NCBI GenBank assembly: GCA_036783055.1
Contig: DAIPXU010000001.1
Span: 1-38,260, forward strand
Length of the DNA stretch: 38,260 bases
From: Burkholderiaceae bacterium
GTDB lineage: Bacteria > Pseudomonadota > Gammaproteobacteria > Burkholderiales > Burkholderiaceae_A
Direction of reading: 5' to 3'
The position numbers were made by a program, and so were the translations under genes. The notes beneath the pieces were generated by a model. That model searched no databases, was not told the origin of the DNA, and saw only the letters and a list, made by a program, of their open reading frames with translations. How positions within the stretch are numbered: position 1 is the stretch's first letter; each line of letters opens with the position of its first letter. This document shows positions 26,740-37,704 of this stretch, in pieces.

Positions 26740-26958
26740 TTACTTCGCCCTAAATACAATTCGAGCCCTGGTGAGGTCGTACGGCGTGAGTTCCACTGTG
26801 ACCTTGTCGCCGGGGAGGATGCGGATGTAATGCATGCGCATCTTTCCTGAGATGTGGCCCAAGACCACATGGCCGTTTTCCAACTTGACGCGAAAGGTGG
26901 CGTTGGGGAGGTTCTCCACAATCTCGCCCTGCATCTGAATCGCATCGTCTTTGGCCAT
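26740..26958 (-). CDS. infA: Translation initiation factor IF-1
   Basis: [14 protein letters not shown] and [19 protein letters not shown] overlaps the secY stop (TGATG). Confidence 0.99.
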   Translation of the reverse strand: MAKDDAIQMQGEIVENLPNATFRVKLENGHVVLGHISGKMRMHYIRILPGDKVTVELTPYDLTRARIVFRAK

Positions 26959-28265
26959 CAGGACGCCATCCCACCCTTGAAATTGGCCTTTTTCAAGAGA
27001 CTTTCGTACTGCTGCGACATGACATACGACTGCAACTGGGCCATGAAGTCCATCGTGACCACGACAATGATTAGCAGAGACGTCCCGCCAAAGTAGAAGG
27101 GAACGTTGTACTGCAGAACAAGAAACTCGGGGAGAAGGCAGACCAAGGTGATGTAAATGGCACCTACGAGGGTCAGACGCATCAGAATCTTGTCAATGTA
27201 GCGAGCCGTTTGATCCCCGGGACGAATGCCTGGGATAAGAGCGCCACTCTTCTTCAGGTTGTCTGCCGTGTCCTTGCTGTTGAACACAAGGGCCGTATAG
27301 AAAAAACAAAAGAAGATGATCGCGCTCGCGTAAAGCGCTATGTAGAGGGGTTGCCCGGGTGAGAGCGAGGCGGCCATGTCCGAGAGCCAGCGCATGTTGC
27401 CCTCGGGTCCGCCACTGAACCAAGAAGTAAGTGTGGCTGGAAAGAGAATGATGCTCGATGCGAAGATGGGAGGAATCACACCGGCCATATTGAGCTTCAG
27501 TGGCAGGTGAGAAGTCTGACCCTGGTAGATTTTATTGCCCACTTGTCGCTTGGCGTAGTTCACCAGAATACGCCGCTGGCCGCGTTCAACGAAGACGACG
27601 AAGGCCGTTACAGCAACGACGAGCACCAGAATAAATAGCATGACCAATGCGCTCATCGAACCCGTGCGAACCAACTCGAAGAGACCCGCCAGTGCCCCTG
27701 GGAGGCCTGCGACGATGCCGGCGAAAATGATGATCGAGATGCCGTTGCCGAGACCGCGCTCGGTGATTTGCTCGCCCAGCCACATTAGGAACATGGTTCC
27801 AGTGACCAGCGAGACGACCGTGGTAAAGCGGAACATCATGCTTGGGTCAATCACGAGTCCCGGCTGGCTCTCGATTGCCACAGAGATGCCTATGGCCTGC
27901 ACAATGGCCAGCACAACGGTGCCGTAGCGGGTGTATTGAGTGATCTTGCGCCGACCCGCCTCGCCCTCTTTTTTCAGGGCCTCGAGAGTGGGCGAGACCA
28001 CACTCATGAGTTGCATGATGATTGAGGCGGAGATGTAGGGCATGATGCCCAAAGCGAAGATAGTGAAGCGAGAGAGCGCCCCTCCCGAGAACATGTTGAA
28101 GAGGCCCAGAATGCCGCCGGCCTGGGACTGAAAGAGTTTGGCCAGTTCTTGTGGATCGATGCCGGGTACGGGGATGTGCGCACCCAGTCGATAGACGACC
28201 AAAGCCAGCACCAGAAAAATAAGGCGCTTGCGAAGGTCGGCAAATTTATCGACTTTGGGCAGCAT
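26958..28265 (-). CDS. secY: Preprotein translocase SecY
   Basis: [27 protein letters not shown] and PGIRPG; polytopic membrane protein. Confidence 0.99.
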   Translation of the reverse strand: MLPKVDKFADLRKRLIFLVLALVVYRLGAHIPVPGIDPQELAKLFQSQAGGILGLFNMFSGGALSRFTIFALGIMPYISASIIMQLMSVVSPTLEALKKEGEAGRRKITQYTRYGTVVLAIVQAIGISVAIESQPGLVIDPSMMFRFTTVVSLVTGTMFLMWLGEQITERGLGNGISIIIFAGIVAGLPGALAGLFELVRTGSMSALVMLFILVLVVAVTAFVVFVERGQRRILVNYAKRQVGNKIYQGQTSHLPLKLNMAGVIPPIFASSIILFPATLTSWFSGGPEGNMRWLSDMAASLSPGQPLYIALYASAIIFFCFFYTALVFNSKDTADNLKKSGALIPGIRPGDQTARYIDKILMRLTLVGAIYITLVCLLPEFLVLQYNVPFYFGGTSLLIIVVVTMDFMAQLQSYVMSQQYESLLKKANFKGGMAS

Positions 28266-28320
28266 GGGTAGGCGTTTTCGTTACTCGGATGGGGGGCTAT
28301 GGGTGCTTTTCAAATCGTCC

Positions 28321-28806
28321 CTAGGCCGCCTTGTTCTTCGGCGGCAATTTGCGGACCTTCTCTGCTGGCGTGGGCAGGACCACCGTACCGCCTGCCTTCT
28401 CGATTGCGGCCTTCGCTCCTGCCGTCACACCCAGACCCTTGAGGCTTACCTTGCGGCCAATACTGCCCGAGAGGATGACCTTGGCATGGCGAGCGAGCTC
28501 GGAAATCACACCGGCCTGCTTGAGTGCGAGCAGATCGATTTCATCAATCGGCAGCCGGTTGCTCTCGGAGAGTCGGACCTCCTCAGTGAAGCGGCCGAAA
28601 GGTGCGGGGAATCCACGCTTGGGCAGGCGACGATGCATGGGCATCTGACCGCCCTCGAAGCCCACCTTATGGAAACCGCCAGAGCGCGACTTCTGGCCCT
28701 TGTGACCGCGGCCCGCTGTTTTGCCGAGACCAGAGCCAATTCCGCGGCCCACCCTCTTTCTCGCGTGCTTCGCACCCTCGGCCGGCGCAATGGTATTCAG
28801 ACGCAT
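28321..28806 (-). CDS. rplO: 50S ribosomal protein L15 (with basic C-terminal extension)
   Basis: [21 protein letters not shown] and GFEGGQMP; alternative start at 28818. Confidence 0.98.
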   Translation of the reverse strand: MRLNTIAPAEGAKHARKRVGRGIGSGLGKTAGRGHKGQKSRSGGFHKVGFEGGQMPMHRRLPKRGFPAPFGRFTEEVRLSESNRLPIDEIDLLALKQAGVISELARHAKVILSGSIGRKVSLKGLGVTAGAKAAIEKAGGTVVLPTPAEKVRKLPPKNKAA

Positions 28807-28814
28807 CGACTCTT

Positions 28815-29006
28815 TCATGACTGACCTTCCACGATTTGAACCATGTAGGAAACCTTATTGACCATGCCGCGGACGGCTGGTGTGTCCTCAAGAACCCGGG
28901 TCTGGCGAATCTTCTTGAGCCCCAGGCCAAGGACCGTGGCACGGTGATCGGAGCGCGTACCCACGGGGCTCTTGACGAGCTTGACGGTAATGGTGGATTT
29001 GGCCAC
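28815..29006 (-). CDS. rpmD: 50S ribosomal protein L30
   Basis: [10 protein letters not shown] and [14 protein letters not shown] start. Confidence 0.98.
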   Translation of the reverse strand: MAKSTITVKLVKSPVGTRSDHRATVLGLGLKKIRQTRVLEDTPAVRGMVNKVSYMVQIVEGQS

Positions 29007-29016
29007 TTGTTACTCC

Positions 29017-29535
29017 TTAACTCAGGATCTGTTCAACGGAGAGGCCGCGCTTGTTGGCCACTTCGCTGGGCGTCTGCATGCGCTTGAGACCATTAATGGT
29101 CGCGCGCACCATGTTGTAGGGATTGGTCGAGCCAATGCTCTTGGCGACGACATCGGTCACGCCCATGACTTCAAAAATTGCGCGCATTGGGCCGCCAGCG
29201 ATGATCCCGGTGCCTTTTGCCGCAGGAGAAATGAGCACTGTGGAGGCACCATGTTTTCCGGTTACGGTGTGGTGAAAAGTGCCGCCCTTGAGTGGAACTC
29301 GCACCAGGCGGCGACGGGCTTCATCCATGGCTTTTTGGACCGCCACGGGCACCTCACGGGATTTTCCCTTGCCCATTCCAATGCTTCCATCGCCATCGCC
29401 AACCACCGTGAGGGCGGCAAAGCCTAGGATGCGGCCCCCTTTGACGGTCTTGCTCACGCGATTCACAGCGATCATCTTCTCCCGCAGTCCGTCATCGCGG
29501 TCTTCGGTGGTTACTCTTGCTTGCATCTTTGCCAT
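29017..29535 (-). CDS. rpsE: 30S ribosomal protein S5
   Basis: [11 protein letters not shown] and GTGIIAGG. Confidence 0.99.
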   Translation of the reverse strand: MAKMQARVTTEDRDDGLREKMIAVNRVSKTVKGGRILGFAALTVVGDGDGSIGMGKGKSREVPVAVQKAMDEARRRLVRVPLKGGTFHHTVTGKHGASTVLISPAAKGTGIIAGGPMRAIFEVMGVTDVVAKSIGSTNPYNMVRATINGLKRMQTPSEVANKRGLSVEQILS

Positions 29536-29564
29536 AAAGCTTTTCCCTGTTTAGCTTGGTTCGC

Positions 29565-29936
29565 TTAGAACTGCAGACCGCCCTCGCGGGCGGCGTCGGC
29601 CAGTGCCTTGACTCGGCCGTGGTAGCGAAAACCGGCTCGGTCGAAGGCGACGGATGAAATTCCTGCAGCCTTTGCTTTCTCGGCTACACGCTTGCCCACC
29701 AGCGCTGCAGCGGCAACATTCCCGCCTTTGCCGGTCTGGCCCGCCAAGGCCGAACGCACCTCCGCCTCAAGGGTGGAGGCACTGACCAAGACCTTGGCCG
29801 ATGTGCTGTCGGTGATCGTGGCGTAAATGTGCAGGTTGGTTCGATGGACCGAGAGCCGAAGGACTCGGAGTTCACGAATTTTTGCGCGGGCCTGTCTGGC
29901 CCTGCGCAGTCTTGATGTGGCTTTATCGGTCGTCAT
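29565..29936 (-). CDS. rplR: 50S ribosomal protein L18
   Basis: [26 protein letters not shown]. Confidence 0.99.
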   Translation of the reverse strand: MTTDKATSRLRRARQARAKIRELRVLRLSVHRTNLHIYATITDSTSAKVLVSASTLEAEVRSALAGQTGKGGNVAAAALVGKRVAEKAKAAGISSVAFDRAGFRYHGRVKALADAAREGGLQF

Positions 29937-29953
29937 GGCAATGGGTCCCTCGA

Positions 29954-30487
29954 TTACTTCTTCTTGGTTTCTTTAATGATCACAACCTCATCGACATAGC
30001 GCACGCCTTTGCCCTTGTATGGCTCTGGCGGACGGAAGGCCCGGACCTCGGCGGCCACCTGACCAACGCGCTGCTTGTCGATTCCCTTGATGATGATTTC
30101 TGTCGGGGTAGGCGTCTCGGCCTTGATTCCTTCTGGCAGGGCGTAGTCCACTGGGTGCGAGAAACCAAGGGAGAGATTGAGTGTCTTTCCCTGTGCGGCG
30201 GCCTTGTAGCCCACGCCGACGAGGCTGAGCTTTTTTTCGAAACCCTTCGATACGCCCCGAACCATATTTGCCACGAGCGCCCGGAGGGTTCCACTCATGG
30301 CTTTTGCATGGCGGCGCGCATCGGCGACCTTGAATGTGAGGGCTCCCGATTCCTGCGCAATAGAGACTTCACCAGTAAGCGGCTGTGCAAGAGATCCAAG
30401 GGGCCCCTTAATGACGATCTTCTCCGAGGACAGCTGGGCCTCCACACCAGAGGGCAGAGGAACGGGGTACTTGGCAATTCGTGACAT
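29954..30487 (-). CDS. rplF: 50S ribosomal protein L6
   Basis: MSRIAK and [13 protein letters not shown]. Confidence 0.99.
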   Translation of the reverse strand: MSRIAKYPVPLPSGVEAQLSSEKIVIKGPLGSLAQPLTGEVSIAQESGALTFKVADARRHAKAMSGTLRALVANMVRGVSKGFEKKLSLVGVGYKAAAQGKTLNLSLGFSHPVDYALPEGIKAETPTPTEIIIKGIDKQRVGQVAAEVRAFRPPEPYKGKGVRYVDEVVIIKETKKK

Positions 30488-30500
30488 GGTCTATGGCTCC

Positions 30501-30896
30501 TTAAGCGACAATGCCAATGACTTCGCCGCCCATTCCGGTGGCACGCGCCTTGCGGTCGGTCATCAGTCCACGAGAAGTCGAAACAATCGCAACACCCAAT
30601 CCGTTCATAACGTTGGGGATGGCGCCGCAACCGCGGTAGACCCGCAGTCCAGGACGCGACACGCGCTCTATACGCTCAATGACAGGACGGCCTGCGTGAT
30701 ACTTCAGGCTGATCTCGAGATCGGACTTGGCGCCCTGCTGTTTGACTTCGAAGCCATCGATGTAACCCTCGTCTTTCAGCAGGGTTGCAATGGCCACCTT
30801 CATTTTCGAGGAAGGCATATGTACCGAACGCTTTTCAACCCGCTGCGCATTGCGAATGCGAGTGAACATGTCGGCGATGGGATCGTTCATGCTCAT
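30501..30896 (-). CDS. rpsH: 30S ribosomal protein S8
   Basis: [20 protein letters not shown] and GGEV. Confidence 0.99.
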   Translation of the reverse strand: MSMNDPIADMFTRIRNAQRVEKRSVHMPSSKMKVAIATLLKDEGYIDGFEVKQQGAKSDLEISLKYHAGRPVIERIERVSRPGLRVYRGCGAIPNVMNGLGVAIVSTSRGLMTDRKARATGMGGEVIGIVA

Positions 30897-30941
30897 GCTT
30901 GAGACCCTTTTACGTTAGCTCTTTGGTGTTGTTTCAGTGGA

Positions 30942-31247
30942 TTACCAGCTGGCCTTGGTGAGCCCAGGCACCTCGCCACGAAAGGCGGCCTCACGAATCT
31001 TTGCGCGGGCCAGGCCGAACATCTTGAAGGTGCCGCGCGGACGCCCTGTGACTTGGCAGCGATTGCGAATGCGGACTGGGCTCGAGTTCCGGGGCAATTT
31101 CTGCATTGCCAGGCGGGCCTCGTAACGCTCTTCCTCTGTCTTCGACTGGTCGTCGATGATGGCCTGGAGCGCCTTGCGCTTGGGTGCGAATTTCTCAACC
31201 AGTGCGAGGCGCTTTTTCTCGCGGTTGATCATTGAGAGTTTTGCCAT
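30942..31247 (-). CDS. rpsN: 30S ribosomal protein S14 (101 aa, Zn-independent type)
   Basis: [12 protein letters not shown] and PGLTKASW. Confidence 0.99.
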   Translation of the reverse strand: MAKLSMINREKKRLALVEKFAPKRKALQAIIDDQSKTEEERYEARLAMQKLPRNSSPVRIRNRCQVTGRPRGTFKMFGLARAKIREAAFRGEVPGLTKASW

Positions 31248-31258
31248 GCTCAGTCCTA

Positions 31259-31798
31259 TTAGGATTTGAAGGGAAAGCGGAAGGCAGCAAGCAGGGCCTT
31301 GGCTTCATCATCGGTCTTCGCTGTGGTGGTGACGCTGATATTCAGGCCGCGCACGGCATCGACTTTGTCGTACTCAATCTCGGGGAAGATGATTTGTTCT
31401 TTGACGCCAATGTTGTAGTTGCCCCGGCCATCGAACGCCTTGCCGGATATGCCGCGGAAGTCACGGACTCGTGGCAACGCAATGGTGACAAAACGATCGA
31501 GGAACTCGAACATACGCGTGCCACGAAGAGTGACCATGCAGCCGATCGGATAAGCCTCCCGGATCTTAAAGGCAGCAATGGCCTTTCGAGCCTTGGTGAC
31601 AACGGCCTTTTGGCCTGCAATTTTCGTGAGGTCGCCCACTGCGTTTTCAATAATCTTCTTGTCAGAGACCGCCTCACCAAGCCCCATGTTGAGGGTGATC
31701 TTGGTTAGACGCGGGACCTGCATGGCGCTCTTGTAGCCAAACTTGGCCATGAGCTCTGGCGCCACCTTCTCCTTGTAGAACTCCTGCATGCGTGACAT
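31259..31798 (-). CDS. rplE: 50S ribosomal protein L5
   Basis: LPRVRDFRG and FDGRGNY. Confidence 0.99.
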   Translation of the reverse strand: MSRMQEFYKEKVAPELMAKFGYKSAMQVPRLTKITLNMGLGEAVSDKKIIENAVGDLTKIAGQKAVVTKARKAIAAFKIREAYPIGCMVTLRGTRMFEFLDRFVTIALPRVRDFRGISGKAFDGRGNYNIGVKEQIIFPEIEYDKVDAVRGLNISVTTTAKTDDEAKALLAAFRFPFKS

Positions 31799-31824
31799 GT
31801 TTCTATCCTTCAGTGACTTGCCGG

Positions 31825-32151
31825 TTATGCCGCTGGGCTTGGAATGGGGGACTTGTTTGAGGCGAAGACGCGTTGTTTATCGCCGTCATCGCCCAGCTTG
31901 ATTTGAACCCGGTCGGCCTTTTGGGTCTCGGGATTAAAGATGGCCACGTTTGACTGGTCGATTGGCATTGCCTTGTCGACGATTCCACCCTGCAAGCCCT
32001 TCATGGGATTCGGCCGCTGGTGCTTCTTTACAATGTTGATGCCTTCAACCACCAAGTGGCTGTCATTGACGCGACGCAGGACAACGCCCCGTTTGCCTTT
32101 GTCTCGGCCGGTAATGACGATGACCTCATCGCCTTTTCGGATTTTGTTCAT
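31825..32151 (-). CDS. rplX: 50S ribosomal protein L24
   Basis: [23 protein letters not shown] motif. Confidence 0.99.
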   Translation of the reverse strand: MNKIRKGDEVIVITGRDKGKRGVVLRRVNDSHLVVEGINIVKKHQRPNPMKGLQGGIVDKAMPIDQSNVAIFNPETQKADRVQIKLGDDGDKQRVFASNKSPIPSPAA

Positions 32152-32176
32152 GGTCTCAATACCTTTTGCGGATGAA

Positions 32177-32545
32177 TCAGAGAACCTCTGGCGCGAGAGA
32201 GACGATTTTCATGAATCGCTCGGTTCGCAGCTCACGGGTCACGGGGCCAAAAATTCGAGTGCCGATGGGCTCTAGCTTGGCATTCAGCAGCACAGCGGCA
32301 TTGCCATCGAAACGAATGAGTGAACCATCGGGGCGACGGACGCCCTTCGCCGTGCGGACCACAACAGCGTTGTAGATCTCTCCCTTTTTCACCCGCCCGC
32401 GTGGGGCCGCGTCTTTGATCGAGACCTTGATGATGTCACCCACACCGGCATAGCGGCGTTTGGAGCCACCAAGCACCTTGATACACATTACTGAACGGGC
32501 GCCGGTGTTGTCGGCGACGTCCAGACGCGATTGCATCTGAATCAT
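32177..32545 (-). CDS. rplN: 50S ribosomal protein L14
   Basis: [16 protein letters not shown]...SLAPEVL, 122 aa; SD AAGGA before the ATG at 32545. Confidence 0.99.
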   Translation of the reverse strand: MIQMQSRLDVADNTGARSVMCIKVLGGSKRRYAGVGDIIKVSIKDAAPRGRVKKGEIYNAVVVRTAKGVRRPDGSLIRFDGNAAVLLNAKLEPIGTRIFGPVTRELRTERFMKIVSLAPEVL

Positions 32546-32734
32546 GCTGATTCCTTCATTCAACGAGTCAACAGCGGAAGGTCCTGCTCCCAACTTTGCT
32601 GAGTCGAGCCGAATACATGCCAAAGGTGCGCGGCTTGCATCTATCTCGGCGCTGCCCGGAATTCGAGACTGCGCTTTTCAGCCAGTTTTGGGCCCGTGTT
32701 CAATAAACGCGGGAAGAAAACGACGAAACCCTAA

Positions 32735-32740
32735 ATTCTA
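32735..32740 (-). promoter_or_regulatory. Putative -10 element of the spc operon promoter
   Basis: Minus-strand TAGAAT in an AT-rich stretch of the 253-bp rpsQ-rplN gap; TTGAAA lies upstream but at non-ideal spacing. Confidence 0.4.
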
Positions 32741-32798
32741 TCCTACAAACAGCCTGTTCTTTTCAATTCGCTCAATACTGCAGTTTTGCTCGGGGCGC

Positions 32799-33065
32799 TC
32801 AGACCACAACGGCCTTGGCCACCAGTTTGGTGACGGTCCACGACTTGGTTTTTGAAATGGGGCGGGTCTCGGCGATCTCGACCGTGTCACCCATTCCAAT
32901 TCCGTCCTGGTCAACGTGGGCGTGGTACTTCTTGGAGCGCCCTATAAACTTTCCGTACATGGGGTGCTGGATGCGGCGCTCAACCAAGACCGTGACTGTT
33001 TTCTGCATCTTGTCACTGACAACGCGGCCCACGAGCGTGCGAGTAAGTGAAGGCTGTTGGCTCAT
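32799..33065 (-). CDS. rpsQ: 30S ribosomal protein S17
   Basis: [11 protein letters not shown] and ETRPISKTK. Confidence 0.99.
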   Translation of the reverse strand: MSQQPSLTRTLVGRVVSDKMQKTVTVLVERRIQHPMYGKFIGRSKKYHAHVDQDGIGMGDTVEIAETRPISKTKSWTVTKLVAKAVVV

Positions 33066-33253
33066 GCTGCTTTCCTCTGGCGAATAATGGTTTTCACCCG
33101 AGCAATCTCACGGCGAACACGCGACATCTGGGCCGTGTTACTAAGTTGCTGGGTGCCATGCTGCATGCGCAGGTTGAAATGTGCACGCAGCAAAGAATCG
33201 AGTTCTTGGCCAAGTTCCGTGTCTGACTTGGTTCGAAGTTCTGACGATTTCAT
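33062..33253 (-). CDS. rpmC: 50S ribosomal protein L29
   Basis: FNLRMQ and [10 protein letters not shown]. Confidence 0.98.
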   Translation of the reverse strand: MKSSELRTKSDTELGQELDSLLRAHFNLRMQHGTQQLSNTAQMSRVRREIARVKTIIRQRKAA

Positions 33254-33265
33254 CTTGTTCTGCTC

Positions 33266-33682
33266 CTATCGGCCCACCTGACGGACGACAAAAGTCGTCG
33301 ACAAAGGCAGTTTGGCGGCCGCAAGCCGAAAGGCCTCCCGCGCCAAGGTCTCATCCACACCATCCATCTCGTAGAGCACTTTGCCTGGCTGGATCTCGGC
33401 AACGTAGTACTCTGGGTTTCCCTTTCCGTTCCCCATTCGAACCTCGGCCGGCTTTCGGGAAATGGGCTTGTCCGGAAAAATACGAATCCAAATTCGGCCA
33501 CCCCGCTTGATGTGTCGAGTCATGGCCCGACGCGCTGCCTCGATTTGACGAGAAGTCAGGCGTCCGCGGGCTGTGGCCTTGAGCCCAAACTCACCGAATG
33601 AAACCGATGCCCCACGGGTCGCGAGGCCGGTATTTCGACCTTTTTGTTCTTTGCGGTACTTGCGACGAGCTGGTTGCAGCAT
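33266..33682 (-). CDS. rplP: 50S ribosomal protein L16
   Basis: [11 protein letters not shown] and EVRMGNGKG. Confidence 0.99.
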   Translation of the reverse strand: MLQPARRKYRKEQKGRNTGLATRGASVSFGEFGLKATARGRLTSRQIEAARRAMTRHIKRGGRIWIRIFPDKPISRKPAEVRMGNGKGNPEYYVAEIQPGKVLYEMDGVDETLAREAFRLAAAKLPLSTTFVVRQVGR

Positions 33683-33706
33683 TTCTAACCTCTGTTGAAT
33701 ACTTTT

Positions 33707-34516
33707 TTAGTTGGAGGGCTTCTCGGCCGCGGCCGCAGAAACCTTTCGAACGCGTTTCACGGCGGGCTTGGGCGTATCGACTGGCTCGCCCTCGGCCTTG
33801 GGTTTCTTTGCAGCAGGCGCTCGCCGCGTCTACTTTTCTTCTTTTGGTTCAGCCATGGGGGCGGCCTCTGCTACAGGGGCATCACCACGGCCAAGGGTGT
33901 CGCCTTTGTAAACCCAGACCTTGACACCAATGATTCCGTAAGTGGTAGAGGCCTCGGCAAAACCGTAATCAATGTCTGCGCGCAGCGTGTGGAGAGGCAC
34001 ACGGCCCTCGCGATACCACTCGGTTCTGGCGATTTCTGCCCCATTGAGACGACCTGCACTCATGATCTTGATTCCCTGGGCACCGAGTCGCATGGCATTC
34101 TGCATGGCCCTCTTCATGGCGCGGCGAAACATGATGCGTTTCTCGAGTTGCTGAGTAATGGACTCAGCAATCAGCTGCGCATCAACCTCGGGCTTGCGAA
34201 TCTCTTCTATGTTCACATGAACAGGGACGCCCATCATGTTGGAGAGTTGGGTCTTAAGGGCCTCGATGTCTTCACCTTTCTTGCCAATGACCACGCCTGG
34301 GCGGGCACTGAAGATGGTGATCTTTGCGTTCTTGGCAGGACGCTCAATGAGGACCCTTCCGACGGCAGCGCTCTTGAGGCGACGCTTGAGAAAGTCACGG
34401 ACTTGAATGTCCTCGTTGAGCATTTTGCTGTAATCACGTGGACTGGCATACCAGCGGGAGGCCCAGTTGCGCGAGACAACGAGGCGGAATCCAGTGGGGT
34501 GTATTTTCTGACCCAT
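33707..34516 (-). CDS. rpsC: 30S ribosomal protein S3 (in-frame TAG at 33830-33832 within the C-terminal tail)
   Basis: [11 protein letters not shown] and [14 protein letters not shown]. After the TAG the frame continues for 40 codons to TAA at 33707-33709. Confidence 0.96.
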
Positions 34517-34529
34517 GTTCTCTTGGTCC

Positions 34530-34859
34530 TTAGTTTCCGACGGTAACGCTGATGTGACAGGTGGGCTTCTCAATCCGAACCCCACGGCCTTTCGCACGCG
34601 CTGAGAAGCGACGCATTTTGGTTCCACGTTCGACGGTGATGGCGGTGACCTTCAACTCATCGATATCAGCACCATCGTTGTGCTCGGCATTTGCAATGGC
34701 TGACTCCAAGACCTTCTTGACGATGCCCGCGGCCTTCTTAGGCGTAAAGGTCAGCGTGTTGAGGGCTTGCTCCACAGGCTTGCCCCGAATGAGGTCGGCC
34801 ACAAGGCGACCCTTTTGGGCCGAGAGCCTGACTCCTCTGAGTTTTGCTGAAGTTTCCAT
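34530..34859 (-). CDS. rplV: 50S ribosomal protein L22
   Basis: [14 protein letters not shown] and SAIANAEHN. Confidence 0.99.
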   Translation of the reverse strand: METSAKLRGVRLSAQKGRLVADLIRGKPVEQALNTLTFTPKKAAGIVKKVLESAIANAEHNDGADIDELKVTAITVERGTKMRRFSARAKGRGVRIEKPTCHISVTVGN

Positions 34860-34885
34860 TGGGATCCTTGTCTCTTCGGCTGGGC

Positions 34886-35161
34886 TTACTTCTTGGCCTT
34901 CTTATCAGCCGCATGGCCTTTGAAGGTTCGTGTGAGGGCAAACTCACCGAGTTTGTGGCCGACCATGTTGTCGCTGACGTAGACAGGCACATGCTGCTTG
35001 CCATTGTGAACAGCGATGGTGAGGCCAACAAACTCAGGAAGGATGGTCGATCGACGCGACCATGTCTTGATGGGTCGCTTGTCTTTGGACTCCACTGCGA
35101 TTTCCACCTTCTTGAAGAGGTGATCATCGACGAAGGGGCCTTTTTTTGCAGAACGTGCCAT
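34886..35161 (-). CDS. rpsS: 30S ribosomal protein S19
   Basis: KTWSRRS and MVGHKLGEF. Confidence 0.99.
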   Translation of the reverse strand: MARSAKKGPFVDDHLFKKVEIAVESKDKRPIKTWSRRSTILPEFVGLTIAVHNGKQHVPVYVSDNMVGHKLGEFALTRTFKGHAADKKAKK

Positions 35162-35182
35162 GTCTGTCGCTTTCCTCTAGCC

Positions 35183-36013
35183 TTATTTGCGCTTGTGACG
35201 GCTGGTCACAATCATTGAGTTGGTTCGCTTGTTTCGGCGCGTCTTGAATCCCTTGGTGGGCGTGCCCCATGGACTCACGGGCTCACGCGCCTCACCGGTG
35301 CGTCCCTCTCCACCACCATGTGGGTGATCCACGGGGTTCATGGCCACGCCACGAACGGTGGGTCGAATACCGCGCCAGCGAATGGCGCCTGCCTTGCCAA
35401 ACTGCCGAAGATTGTGTTCGCCGTTGCTGACCTCACCCATGGTGGCGCGACACTCAATGTGAACACGACGGATCTCGCCAGAACGCAAACGAACCTGGGC
35501 GTAACTGCCCTCGCGGGCCAGAAGTTGTGCGCTCCCACCGGCAGAACGCGCAAGCTGGGCACCTTTGCCCGGGAGCATCTCGATGCAGTGAATCGTGGAT
35601 CCAACCGGGATGTTGCGAATCGGCAAGGTGTTCCCTGCTCGAATCGGCGCCTCGGCGCCACTCATCAATTCGGCGCCAACTTCCACGCCCTTTGGCGCGA
35701 TGATGTAGCGACGCTCACCATCGGCATAGCAGAGCAGGGCAATGTGGGCGCTCCGATTAGGGTCATATTCAATCCGCTCCACCTTGGCGGGGATGCCATC
35801 CTTGGTGCGACGAAAGTCGATGATTCGGTAATGTTGCTTGTGACCGCCACCGCGATGACGCGTGGTGATTCGGCCGTTGTTGTTGCGGCCTGCGGTTTTG
35901 GACTGCGATTCGGTCAGGGACTCCACCGGGCGGCCCTTGTGGAGGTGGGGATGAACCACCTTGACCATTGCACGTTGGCCCGCCGAGGTGGGCTTGAGCT
36001 TGACGATGGGCAT
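35183..36013 (-). CDS. rplB: 50S ribosomal protein L2
   Basis: EYDPNRSA and [13 protein letters not shown]. Confidence 0.99.
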   Translation of the reverse strand: MPIVKLKPTSAGQRAMVKVVHPHLHKGRPVESLTESQSKTAGRNNNGRITTRHRGGGHKQHYRIIDFRRTKDGIPAKVERIEYDPNRSAHIALLCYADGERRYIIAPKGVEVGAELMSGAEAPIRAGNTLPIRNIPVGSTIHCIEMLPGKGAQLARSAGGSAQLLAREGSYAQVRLRSGEIRRVHIECRATMGEVSNGEHNLRQFGKAGAIRWRGIRPTVRGVAMNPVDHPHGGGEGRTGEAREPVSPWGTPTKGFKTRRNKRTNSMIVTSRHKRK

Positions 36014-36312
36014 TACGCGGCCTCCCCAGCGAAGTTGATTTCCTGGCCGGCCGCCAAGCTGACATAAGCCTTTCGAGCATGGCTGCGGCGTCCGTTGAAG
36101 CGGCCATAGCGAATGGGCTTGCCTTTGATATTCAAAACAGCAACGCTCTGAACCTGCACCTTGAAGAGCAGCTCAACCGCCGCCTTGATCTCGGGCTTGG
36201 TCGCATCTTGAAGTACGCGGAAGGCCACCTGGTTGTTTTGCTCGCCGATCTGGGTGCTTTTCTCAGAGACGATGGGCGAGAGCAGCACCTTCATGAGTCG
36301 TTCTTGGTTCAT
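36013..36312 (-). CDS. rplW: 50S ribosomal protein L23
   Basis: [18 protein letters not shown] and RKAYV. Confidence 0.98.
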   Translation of the reverse strand: MNQERLMKVLLSPIVSEKSTQIGEQNNQVAFRVLQDATKPEIKAAVELLFKVQVQSVAVLNIKGKPIRYGRFNGRRSHARKAYVSLAAGQEINFAGEAA

Positions 36313-36929
36313 GCGAACATCTCCTCAAAACGAGCGAGTGCGGCGCGGGTGAGCAAGACCTTGTCGAAGTAAACCAATGACAGGGGATCGGCTGCCTCGG
36401 GCTCGACCACGGCAATACTCTGAAGATTGCGGGCGGCCAGGTAGAGGGACTCATCGACATTGTCGGTAACGAGCAACACCGAGGCCATTCCCATCTGCTT
36501 GAGTTTCTCGGCGACGAGTTTGGTCTTTGGTGCCTCGACCTCGAACTTCTCTACAACAGCAAGCCTGCCCTCGCGAGCCAGCTGGGAGAGGATGGATCGA
36601 ACGCCTGCTCGATACATTTTTTTGTTGAGCTTATGGCTGAAGTTCTCCTCGGGCGAGTTCGGGAAAACCTTGCCGCCACCGCGCCAGAGCGGGCTGGATG
36701 CGCGACCCACGCGGGCACGGCCCGTGCCTTTTTGACGCCAAGGCTTTTTGGTGGATTTGTTCACCTCGCTTCGGTCCTTCTGGGCCCGATTGCCGCTGCG
36801 CGCATTGGCCTGATAGGCCACCACAACCTGATGAATCAATGGCTCGTTGTAATCACGATTGAAGACAACGTCGTTGGCCTGGACTTTACCGGCGGCTTGG
36901 CCAGCATCGTTTAAGAGTGTGAGTTCCAT
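36309..36929 (-). CDS. rplD: 50S ribosomal protein L4
   Basis: [12 protein letters not shown] and SPLWRGGG. Confidence 0.99.
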   Translation of the reverse strand: MELTLLNDAGQAAGKVQANDVVFNRDYNEPLIHQVVVAYQANARSGNRAQKDRSEVNKSTKKPWRQKGTGRARVGRASSPLWRGGGKVFPNSPEENFSHKLNKKMYRAGVRSILSQLAREGRLAVVEKFEVEAPKTKLVAEKLKQMGMASVLLVTDNVDESLYLAARNLQSIAVVEPEAADPLSLVYFDKVLLTRAALARFEEMFA

Positions 36930-36941
36930 GGGGCGCCGTCC

Positions 36942-37592
36942 TTATGCCTTGGGCGCCACGCGAACCGCGGGACGAATCATGACCTGGCCGCCCTTAGAAC
37001 CCGGCACGGCCCCTTTGATAAGAAGCAGCTGCCGAGCAACGTCAACGCGAGCCACCTCGAGGTTTTGTGCTGTGCGGCGGGCCTGCCCATCGTGTCCCGG
37101 CATCTTCTTGCCAGGAAAGACCCGGCCAGGGTCCTGGGCCATACCAATCGCCCCCGGGACATTGTGCGGCCGGGAGTTGCCGTGCGAGGCACGCTGAGAG
37201 GCGATATTGTGTCGTGCGATGGTGCCAGCAAACCCCTTGCCCTGGGTCGTGCCAGTGACGTCCACCTTTTGACCGGCCGAGAAGATTTCTACACTGAGGA
37301 CTTGGCCCGCAGCCAGCCCAGAGAGAGCATCGGGAGCAACCGGGAACTCACGCATAACTGAACCGGCTTCTACACCTGCCTTTGCTTAGTGGCCCGCTTG
37401 GGGCTTGGTGACCCGAGAAGCGCGCTTTTCACCGTGGGCAAGTTGGACGGCTGTGTAGCCGTCGGTCTCGACCGACTTGAGTTGGGTTACGCGGTTGTTT
37501 GACACGTCAATAACGGTGACAGGAATGGTGTCCCCATCGTCCGTAAAAATACGGGTCATGCCAACCTTGCGACCAAGAAGTCCAAGGCTCAT
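36942..37592 (-). CDS. rplC: 50S ribosomal protein L3, interrupted by an in-frame TAA at codon 69 (37386-37388)
   Basis: The two called ORFs are in the same frame (...[19 protein letters not shown]...). Together they give a full-length 216-aa L3 with GRKVGMT and [10 protein letters not shown]. Confidence 0.93.
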
Positions 37593-37674
37593 TTTTTCTC
37601 CGATCCTGGCTGCGATTGGCCAGGGCTAAATAAACTTTATTCCAAAACTCTCCGGAAATTCCGGACAGCCCTCG

Positions 37675-37704
37675 ATTTTATACAGTAACCACCAGTCTTG
37701 ACAA
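37675..37704 (-). promoter_or_regulatory. Putative internal sigma70 promoter for the rplC operon
   Basis: Minus-strand TTGTCA (37704-37699), 18 nt, then TAAAAT (37680-37675). Confidence 0.55.

Noticed and set aside
35318..36067. 249-aa + strand ORF opposite rplB, and similar ORFs opposite rpsC, rpoA and rplF
   Set aside because: Typical antisense ORFs of conserved r-protein genes with no independent coding evidence.
37085..37210. Adenine-specific (+ strand) substitutions in rplC resembling DGR mutagenesis
   Set aside because: No template/variable repeat pair or reverse transcriptase is present, the target is an essential gene, and the gltD and rplQ patches are not adenine-specific.
33707..37592. 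Alternative genetic code or stop reassignment to explain the internal stops in rpsC (TAG) and rplC (TAA)
   Set aside because: Two different stop codons are involved, both serve as genuine terminators throughout the window, and about 45 other genes have no internal stops.
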